A stretch of 64,000 nucleotides of DNA from Octopus vulgaris. Its lineage: Eukaryota. Under the pieces are notes generated by a model. It was not told the origin of the DNA. It searched no databases and saw nothing but the letters and a program-made list of their open reading frames with translations. Made by a program: the position numbers and the translations under genes. Below are positions 40,501-51,993 of this stretch, in pieces (position 1 is the first letter of the stretch; each line of letters begins with the position of its first letter). Where the stretch lies: the NCBI GenBank assembly GCA_951406725.2, contig OX597814.1, positions 186,434,001-186,498,000 on the forward strand. The letters are read 5' to 3'.

Positions 40501-43500
40501 TAATGTAAAATGAAAACAAAAAAGAGGTTGTGGGGTTTTAATTTTAAGTAAACTACAAGTAATATTCAAATCAAATTTATGTCACTTAAAGATTTTATGA
40601 AGGATTTGTTTTTTTAATGATTGTTTTACAGTTCAATGCTTCAGTAATAATGTCTATTAGTAGCAAGTCACATTTTCACATTACAATCAGTTTACTATTA
40701 ATCTTATTACTTTGAAGGGTTGATCTGAAATTCTATGGTGCCTTTGACTTTTATTTCACCAAATTATAGACATTGTATACTAACTTACACTTACCTACCT
40801 ACTTCTTACTGAGAAAATATAGCATATTCTGCATGTGATTGTGATGACAAGATAATGATGACAAACAGCTCTCTTTAACATCAATTTTACTACACTGTCT
40901 TAAGATAGATCAATATTTTATACAAGTTCTACTGGAAGATTTTTTTTTTAACTATCCTCTCATATATTAGTTTTATTCTGGAATAGTAGCTCTGCTGGGT
41001 GGGTAATCTTCACAAATTGAAGGTATTCACCTTTTGAAAAAGGAGACACTGATCACAGGTGAAGGTGTTAAAATAATAATGGGGAGGAGTAAATGTAGAT
41101 AAGAGAAAGAAAAGAGAATAATGGTGGGTGGGAGGTAATAATTTAGTGAGAAGAGCAGTGTCCACAATATTTTCAAGCCTTTCCAGAGTGGGTTGATCAA
41201 TATAGTTGACTTTTAGTTTGAACATCATATTTAAGACTATGTGGGTAGGGATGGAATTGCAGTTATAGGCAAGAAATATGATGAAAAATGCTTATTGAAA
41301 TAATAGTAGTAACAGAATTAGGTGAGCCAGATCACCTGGACATGCAACTTGCTAGCTTATAGCAGCAGAATCTATTGTAGTTACAGTTGAGGAAACAGAA
41401 AAAACAGTACGTATGTGAGCTAGGATTGTAGTATATTAGTGAATGACTTTCATATTTATAACTCTAACATGCAAAATGTTGGGAGAAAAAAATTCCCCCC
41501 GCCTAGAATTCCTAGTTTAACAAAAGATTTTATTCCACAGATTTGTCTGCTTATTAATAGTTATAAGGGACCTGCAAAAGTTGCAGTTATCACATTATTA
41601 GTCCTTTACTTTAATAATTTTTTTTAGTAAAACTAATTACCTATTAAATCAGTTTCAAGAATTAAAATTATAAAATTTTTAGTCCTTTTGTTTAATATTT
41701 TTCTGTAATTTTTTTAAAAAATTATTGATTTGATAAAATCATTTCTTTTACAGTGAAACAAATAGGATGCACTATCTCATCTATTAGGCCTAATCTTCTT
41801 AAGTCTTTATCTTCCACAAATACTCTCTAAAACTAACTTATAGCACTTTTCCCTAGCATGCATTGTTTTAATTAGATGTTCATACTAGTACAATCAGTTT
41901 TTAAATGTATATTTTCAAATCTCTTTGATACTCAGTCACTTCTACAACTTGTTTGCAGTTAAGTATCATCAAAGTGTATAAAGTTTGGCCTATGGACCAT
42001 ATTCAGAAGCCTTTCTCCAAATCCTGCAGATCATCTGCCTTTTTGTTCTGGGAGAGAAATCTTTAATCACCAACAGAAGCAGCAATAATTAGCTATATTT
42101 AAACAAACACCACAGATTAAATTTTTTTTAATGAAAACCTACTGAAGACAGAAGCAATTTTACATAATGCATTAAAACACAGAAACGATAACATTATTTT
42201 AAATTCTAGAAACAAAGCACTTGAATTTCAATAGATAAAGAGAAGTAAATAGTTCTTAAAGAGACTAGCGCCTTCTGCTTTCTAATCTCAAAATAATGGG
42301 TCTGTAGATGATCTTATTCATTTTCTATAAGTTAAGCAGTGGTTGCTCATGGAGTTAGCAGCTTCAGTGCATGCAATGCATCGGTGATTCTGGTTCCTTG
42401 CCAATCTGCCATGGATCCATTACCCCTTTTGTTCACCTCTTATTTTCATTGACTACACAACACTGAAGTCCTGTCTACTTCCTTACTGTATATTGAGCAA
42501 GTCTGTTTCTCAGATGCTTTTGAATGATAGCTAACCCCTTTAAATTAGTAAGCTAGTTTTTGTGGTATTCACTTTTTAGCCCCTTGTAGTATCAATCGGA
42601 AACAACTTTAAAGTTTTTAATTATTTCAAAAAATCTGGATTGAATCAGTCTTAATGTCAGGATAAAGAAACTTTCATAGATATCTCTTCTTGTACTTCTA
42701 TGAACCTAAACTATGATAAAGAAATCAAGACTGGTATCAGTCCTTGGTGCATACCTGCCTCTACAACATATCCTCCTCCCCCATGACCTTATTGAAATGT
42801 TCACTTATTTATACGGCCTGAATAATTTTTACAAATCATTCAGCCATATATAGCTTTTTCATTGCCCACTTGACTAAAGAATGCATCATAAGTTTCTTTT
42901 TTTTAAAAAAAAATAGTTCCTTGCGTGCAAAAACTCAAAACATTTGTATACTATGAGGAGGAGTCCTTTAACAATCTTGGTTCAATGTTGTGGGATGAAG
43001 ACCCAAGATAGTAGAATAGTGAAGTAAAATGTTGTATAATACTTAATTTCTTTTGCTGGCTTGAATTAAAATACCTGTGACAATTCACCTTTCAAGTGTT
43101 AAGAGTTAATAAAATAATGTTGTTTGTTCCTTCTCAAGCCACGCCTGGCTCATAGGGCCAGTTTCCTTGGCATATAGGTTCCCCACCTGGATGGGTTGCC
43201 AGTTCGTCGCAGGTGAGCTGCAAGATGCAGGAGGAAAGAATGGGAGAAAGTTGTGGCGAAAGAGTCAGCAGAAGTTTCGCCATTACCTTCTGCCGGAGCC
43301 GCGTAGAGTTTAGGTGTTTTGCTCATAAGCACACACATCACCCAACCTGAGATTCAAACCCGCGATCCCTTGACCGCGTGTCCGCTGCTCTAACCACTAG
43401 GCCTTGTGCCTCCACAATAAAATAATGTAGTTGGTTTGATTTGACTGACTACATGTCTACCTCTGCTACGATTAGCCCTATCAATATCTCGGTTTTATTG

Positions 43501-46500
43501 CTGCTTTTAATACTTGAAAGAAAATATTCCAAAACTAAAGATACTAGTTTATATCAGTGCCAAAGATTTCCTTTAATTGACTGATTTGAATAAATTTTCA
43601 GGTAATTTTAAATAAAATGAAAAATGTTAATGTTTTGAATCAGGGAAAAAAAAATCACAAGTGACTGAAATATCAGAGATTTAGCCATCCGTATGGTATT
43701 ATTTTTGTCTTTAAGATGGTTAAATTCATTTGTTTAATATTTGTTTTTAAAGCAATACGCTTTGAGTTTTCTATTTCACCACATTCCAGATTCCCGTGAT
43801 TATGCTGTACCTGACGTGACCAAGTCATCTTTGACAGTGTCCCTACCACCACGACCTCCACGACCTCCCAAGGGCACACCCATCATGGGTAACACACTTG
43901 ACAAACCTCCCAACTATGAAGCACTTTATGCTGCTGCAGATATAGTCAATGTACACGTGCCTAACATTCCCAGTCTACAGGGGGTTAGTGGCAACAATAT
44001 TTATGCAGTACCCAATGCTGACCTACTTCTTAGTATTGACTACTCTGTGGCAGAATTTCCTAGAGATAACCTTAAATTCATTGAAGTTCTTGGTGAAGGA
44101 CAATTTGGAGAGGTAAGATGTGTGCTTGTTATAAATTTGAATAATTTTTCTTTATATGATTTGATTTCAGCAATGCTTTGTCACCTTTGAACATCCATAG
44201 GCAAAAGTTTTTGTTGAACTATAAAAATCTTTTGTCAAACTGAGGAGGACAAGATGAAATCTAGACCTAAGAGCTTCTTATGATGCTGATATGATCTTTG
44301 GAGTTAGTTTTTGTGAAAACTTTATAAGAATTCTTATAGTTGATGCTATGGAAGGGAAAATATGATTCTTGGCTTTTTTCCCACTTTATAGAGTTGTGTG
44401 TTTCTTAAAAGCTTCATTAGATTAACACTATGCTCCAAACTCTCTTCCCAGACCTCATTAGCAACCACTATCTGTTCTTAAAGCACCAATTACAAGTATT
44501 TCTCTGGATTTTGCAATCCATAGTTTGTTTTTCTCACTAGACTCTTGGAAACTACTGAATGTAAACCCAGGAACTTTTTCATTTATCAAGTGTTTCAACA
44601 GTATGCTAATTTTCTTTTTGATTTTTCATTTTTATTTAGTTTCTCATTAATTCTACCATCTTTTTGGCCATGTGCAATGCTCTCCTCCTTGAACATAATA
44701 GTTTAAAAATATGTCTGGAAAAGTGTTGTTATTTAAGGATGAGAAATTGTGTGTCTTACTCAGGTGTTTGTAATTCTCTGCAGTCGAGTGTTCTAGCCAT
44801 AATTGGTAATATGCTAAAACTGTTATGGCTGAAGCCTTTGTATTGATCAATAAAAGCACTTCAGCATATGTCTCTTACTTTCAGCCACTTCATAATTCTA
44901 ACTCAGGAAATGGTATAATGTTTCGATACTAAAAAAGACAATAGTGGATCAGAATCTCTGCTGTGAAACTGTAATTCATGCAATTTATACATGCAATTAT
45001 GTGTGGAAATAGAAAAGTTTTACAAAAATACCATCACCATTGAAACAATAGATGCAATGATTTTATAAATAGCCTGAAAATTTTAACTGTATTTATGTGT
45101 GTAAGTGTGTGAGGCTTTGCTAATTTTGCACCTGCTTTTATTTTGAAAAGAATATAGAAAGTAAATAATGAATATAAATGGTTTAACAACTTTGAATTCT
45201 CATTAAACCAAGTTGAATGCATAGATAAAGGAAATGCCGGGAAAATGGCAATGAAGGCTGTAGTAATAAGATATTGAATGTTTTTTCTCTATTAGGTTTA
45301 ATCACATCTTGAGGAATGTGCTTGCTAGAAATGAATGTTAACTCTATTTTAACATATAACATGGAGAAAATGGAATATAATATCCATAATGTGATTACTG
45401 AGAATATTATGTTCATGATATATAATAACTATGTACTGATGTAACAGAAATGCAAAGAAACATGACCTTATATAAGCCCTATCAAAAATTACTTTTCTTT
45501 CATTTATTTATTTATTGTCTTAAATAAAAATTTTATTGGTTAACTTGAACAAAGATATCTTTAAAATTGTCAAGCACACCATAGTACAGAATTACTCTCC
45601 TGGGTAACATATTCTACAGTCTGCTTTCTGATCCTCAGTTGAACTTATTTAATTTCACTTACAAATTCAATTCTTCCTGTATTAAAAAAAAAAAAAAATT
45701 AGAGCTGGCAAAAGGAGAATTAATATAACATTCACTGAATGATGCTGGCACAGCTAGCTACATTTAGAAAATGCATTCTGAATAGAAAAAATTATACTCC
45801 GATGGTACATGTGTGTGTGTGAATAAATTTTAGATCTGCCTTTAATTAATTAAATTGCTGGAATACATGATTTTGCAGAGGAGTATGTGATTATTTCCAT
45901 TTGAATCCTGTCCATAAAACAATAAGTGGAATATCACCCCCTTCAAATAACAGTTTAACATAGACTTAACAATAAATTGAATTTCATTCCTTCACAATAA
46001 GAATAAAAAATATTTCGTCACATAACCTTTTGGTTAAGAAGTTTGTATCACAACTACATGGTTCTGAGTGAGATCCCACTGCCTGAGTAGCAACGAGTGC
46101 ACAGAATTTGGTAGTTGGAAATTGTAAAAATATATACATAAACATACATATTTACCATAATGTAAATATCCTAAAATATGTAAAAGCATAGATTTTCCAC
46201 ACTGCATCCATTATTTAATATAGAACTCAATTTGTTGGGAAGATATACTTTTTTATGTAATGAACACATATATTTAATATGTGTATCTGTATATGTAACT
46301 CACTCTAGTAAGACCATTTCTTGATTGTTATTCATGCTTCATTTCTAAAAATGACCGAGACTCTGCCTCTTAAGCATTGCAGTGACTGCAGCTGCACAAG
46401 AGATTTGTAATTGCTTTCACTTACTCTACACCTTCGATGTAATGAAGCAGGGAAGTGGCTGCATTTCATTGTCAGTGATGTACACGATACTCTGGCTGCT

Positions 46501-49500
46501 GCAATAAAAAATTCTGCCATCTGTTTGGGTTGTGAAGATGGAAAACCAATTATATTTCCCTCAGTAGCTGAATACTAGGAAATGGGATCATGCTGGTTGC
46601 TCAGTGAGCTAAGAAATACTTGTACTGATGAAAATATTTGTAGTGGACATCCTAGCACTGAACTAACCCCATTTTTAAAAAAAATCATAAAACATAGTAT
46701 GGACAAAAACCCCTGACCTCAAATTAAAAAGACACAGGCTTGACCTACATATACCACTGTATTCCAGCCAGAGAGACTATGTATCTATCTTAGACTGGTG
46801 CTGAAGACCATCACATTGTGAAAATCATCAAGTTCTTGAATTTTACTTGCCTCTTAGTTCCATTACTAATCTTAAAACAACTGCAGTTGATTTTGTAGCA
46901 AAGCTTTGATGTCTTTGAGTCAACTGGTACCTTGCTGTGTACCTCATCTATCTAGAATAGTTTTATGGTTCTTATGTTTTTCAAACAATAGTCAGTGTGC
47001 TCAGATTTTGGAAACCCAATTTAGGCAGTAGCTGTTTTTTGTGGATTATCTTACGCATGGCTGGTGTAATGTTGGTAGCATTTTTATCTTTCTGGTCATA
47101 TTTGCTGTAAGTGTACAATGCACTTAGGATTTTTTTGTTTTCTACTCGTTTTGGTGCAGTTTTACTAACTTCCTTGCACTTCAATCTCACAGACAAATTG
47201 CATACACTGTGTATCAACACATGATTAGTGAAGCAGTACTTAGCCTCCCTCATGACAGATGTACAGCTTACATCTGTAATGTTACCCCTCTGAGTAAGCA
47301 CATATTCCAACAGGTGCTATTGTTTTAACTGTGGCTGGCAATAGTCGTAAAACATCTTTTTTCAGGAAGCTGGAAGAAGTTGTTTGTCATGGCTAGATCA
47401 TATTTCAGGCATTGTTTGAATATTAGTTGTCTGTTGGATTTGATATTTCATTTTCCAAAGTAACCTGATGCATGGTCACATGTTTGGTAATTTATCCTTA
47501 TCCTTATTCTTGTATTAATATTGCCCTGGCACCAGCATCTTATTAGTTGTTAGTATTGCATCCCAGTATTTTCTTCATAGACACTTTCAGCAACTTTCAA
47601 CATGTTCTTCTAATAAAAGGTGTTTTACTGATTGAGTTGCTTGCAGAGAAACTAGGGCAGACTAATTTAGGATCTTGGCAAATTGTATATTCAGTATTTG
47701 GTGTTGGTTGTTGATAGGTTTATATTTAAGTTTTTCAGTTGTGGCTGTACGTTCTTCCTAAAGCTTAAATTTTGTCTCTAAACTGTCTTTTTAATTTGTT
47801 TTCTAAATTGTGTGCGCACGTGTAGGGTGTTGGCATAGCTATATGGTTAAAAAGTTTTTCTTTGCAACCACATGGTTTCAGGTTTACTCTCATTGCACAC
47901 CATCTTGGGCTTTTACTAAAGCACTGAGCTAGCCAATGTTTTGTGAATGAATCTGGTTGATGGAAACTGTGCAGAAGCCTGTTATGGCTGTATATATTTG
48001 GGTTTTGTCCTGCTATCTATCGTACTACCGATCTTGTATCTTATCGTACTACACAGGACACTGGAAGTCTTCTACTGTAATCTAGGGTCAACCAATGTCT
48101 TGTGGATGGATTTAGGATGATGAGAACAGTTGAAGCCTGTCGTGCATGTATGTGAGTGTGTGACTGGGTTAATATTTACATGAAATCATTGAACTTTATG
48201 CTATTGTCATATTAAATGGTCATCTAGCTTTTGTGCTTTCAAAAACAAGTGAAAAAAAAATTTGAGAATCAGTTTAGGTTTAACAGGAAGGACACCCAGC
48301 TGTAAAACAATACCTCATTGTATTTCAACCTATGCTAGCTTGGGAAACAGACGGAAAAAACAAGTTAATTCCTGTGTATGTATGTGGTTGTGCAAATTTT
48401 CATATCTATCTGCACATTGGTTGTTTACGTTCCTGTGAATAGCAGTTCAGCTAAAACAAAAATCAATTCAATAAGTATCAGGCTTTAAAATGGTCAAAAC
48501 ATTGCCACAGTGGCTGAAACAAGCAAAAAATTAATGAAATAAACGAATTAATATGCTTGTTTGTGCGTGCTTATGTTTGCAGTTGAATTTGATACAAAGC
48601 TTGCTAAAATAATAGTCGTGTAAAAGGACTAAACCACTCGATAAATACCACATGGATAAAAGAAGCCGCAAATACTGAGGTCGATATATTCGACTGAAAC
48701 CCTTCAGGGCTGCAGGTCCACTAATACTGGCATCAACTCGCTAAATCATTGACAGAATTTCGCGTTTTATATAAATAAATAAAAAAAAAATTGTAAGGGA
48801 AATAACTCATAAATTTTTTTCTTGTGTTAATTCCCCTGATAAAATATCCAATAGTTTCCTTGAGAAAATGGCAGTTTTGTTTTGTTTTGTTTTTAATATA
48901 ATGTACTTTAATAATAATAATAATTTTTAGCTTGTTTCATTTTGGTAGTGTAGCATTAATCTTATAACAATAATTATTTTCTTGTCTAGGTTCATTTGTG
49001 TGAAGCTGCCCGAATAACCGACTTCTTGGGAGAAGAATTTGTGGTGACAAGGACAACACCGCGGTCAATGTTAGTTGCTGTAAAAATGCTACGTCCCAGT
49101 GCTGATGACAGAGCCAGGTAATTAAATTTGACTCACTCTGAACTTTTGTTTTCTCTGTCCCTCATCATTACTCTTTACTCTTTTACTTGTTTGTCATTTG
49201 ACTGTGGCCATGCTGGAGCACCACCTTTTAGTCGAGTAAATCGACCCCAGGACTTATTCTTTGTAAGCCTAGTACTTATTCTATCAGTCTCTTTTGAAGA
49301 ACCGCTAAGTTACGGGGACGTAAACACACCACCATTGGTTATCAAGCGATGTTGGGGGGACAAACACAGACACACAAACACATATATATACATATATACG
49401 ACGGGCTTCTTTCAGTTTCCGTCTACCAAATCCACTCACAAGGCTTTGGTCGGCCCGAGGCTATAGTAGAAGACACTTGCCCAAGGTGCCACGCAGTGGA

Positions 49501-51198
49501 AATGAACCCGGAACCATGTGGTTGGTAAGCAAGCTACTTACCATACAGCCACTCCTACACCTATGTTCCTATGTGAACATTTTTAAAAGCCTAAATACAA
49601 TCTTTAGCTGGAATAAATTTTGCTTAACAAAATACATCAGCTGGAGTTGCAAGACAGTTTAATGATTGGAATCACTGTGTTATATATTAAAATATAAGTA
49701 GTATTAAGGAAATCTAGTTGAAACACTTATGTAAATCTAATATTTGTAAATTGTGTAAGATGTATCCAGAAGACTTAAGTACTTGGACTCTGAAAGATTT
49801 ACAAACAATATTAACGGTATTACTTTCTAAGAAAACATTTGGCTAACTTTTTGTCTAACCACTCTTTTGTTACCTACCTTTTAATGATGGATTTTCACAA
49901 AGTGCCCTGATTTCCATAGCAGAATTTTCATTCTGATGAACTCTTTTTTTATATACCAATGATTAATGAATTTCACAATATGGCATTCACAACTCTCTAA
50001 ACTAAAGGTCACAGATTTATCAGCTTTATCGACATTAAATGATACATCATGAAAATTACATGTTTGTTCCTTCTCAAGCCATGTCTGGCTCATAAGGGCC
50101 AGTTTCCCGGTTTCCTTGGCGTATAGGTTCCCCCACCTGGATGGGACGCCAGTCCATCACAGGTGAGCTGCAAGATGCAGGAGAAAAGAGTGAGAGAAAA
50201 TTGTGGCGAAAGAGTCAGTAGAAGTTTACTATTACCTTCTGCTGGAGCCGCGTGGAGCTTAGGTGTTTCACTCATAAACACACACACGGTTTGAGATTCG
50301 AACTGGTGATCCCTTGACCAGGAGTCTGCTGCTCTAACCACTAGGCCATATGCCTCCACTGAAAGTTACGTACTTATAAAAAACAAGTTTTTAACTTTTG
50401 GGATTGGGGTGGGTGAATAGATTTATAAAATCTCTGCATCAGGCTTGTAAAACTCTAATTAATTAATTAATTAAAAATACTAAAACTTCCAATTCACTCC
50501 AGAACTAATTTCACCTTTTTTAATTTTAAATTCATCCTAATGATTGTGTTTCTGTTTATAACACATCACCTCCATTGTTTGTTCTTATGTAGCATATGAT
50601 ATGGTTCTGACCACGGCTAATATTAGCATCATTTAGTTGTTGCAGTTTAACCTCTCTACAGCAAAGTCGCCTGTTCCTGTCCATCTATCACACTTCTCAT
50701 CACCTGGCATACAGTTACCTCCCTCAGTATTATACCCCATTCAGTTGTCTTGCAAATTACTTGATGACCTTACTGGTGTTTGGTGCCAGTCCCCTTTGTA
50801 AAGTGCTTGGCTTTCAGAAGGGCATCCAACTATGCCAAAGCAAACATTGGGTCTTGACAACAGTTCTCAGGCTCAACAACTTTTGTTGAAACATTCAACC
50901 CATGCCAACATGAAAATCAGATTTTAAGAATTAATTATAGATTGTAACAACTCACATTTGATCAATCTCAACAATAACCTTTTGTCACCATTCAGCTAAT
51001 TATCTCAGCTCAAAGACACATTGTTCCTATTGTTTTTTAAAACTGCCATTCTTGTAATCATCATTGTTTATATTATTAGTATGTGCTATGTTTTCTCTTT
51101 GAGTAAATTAAAATATGAACCCTTCTTTCATTAAGCAGAAGCATTCCTTAATAACGTGGAGTTACTTCTGCAAAAAAATATCTCCTCACCAAATAAAT

Positions 51199-51229
<31 letters not shown>

Positions 51230-51553
51230 ATTTGCTGTTAGTTCCTAATAAAATATTTGTTTTAATTCAGAGCTGATTTTCACAAAGAGATCAAGATTAT
51301 GTCACAGCTTAAAGACCCAAACATAGTTCGTGTACTTGGAGTCTGCACACAAGAAGAACCATTATGTATGATTGTCGAATATATGAAATATGGAGACCTC
51401 AATCAATTTATCTTGGAACATGTCCCTGAAAGTCCTGTGGCTGCTGCAACCAATGCTAAAACAATGAGGTAAATGCTAAAATCAGATTTTATAACAACAT
51501 TTTACAAATGCATGTGTATTTTATCTTATATGTTAATGTTAATAATTATATTA

Positions 51554-51588
<35 letters not shown>

Positions 51589-51955
51589 TTAAACATAAAA
51601 CAAAACAATAGGGAAGTGAAGCAAAAAATTTCCACTTTCCTGTTATTTTACAATAACTCTACAAATATTTCCATAATTCTGAATTTTATTAAGTATTTGA
51701 ACTAATATGCATCAGCATATGATACCAGATATTGGATTGTAATAATGGAATAAGCATCTGCTTATTCCATTATCCTAACTAGCTAAGTATATATAGGTAG
51801 TTAGGATTTACCCTCACAACCTATATATATATAATTTTAAAATAGGATAAAATCTTTATAAGAATTTATCAAGTAGTTAGCATGAAAAACCTCATAAGAG
51901 AAAAAAAAACCATCAATTTTTTTCTTTTAAATGTATTCATTTTTATTTAAAATAA

Positions 51956-51993
<38 letters not shown>

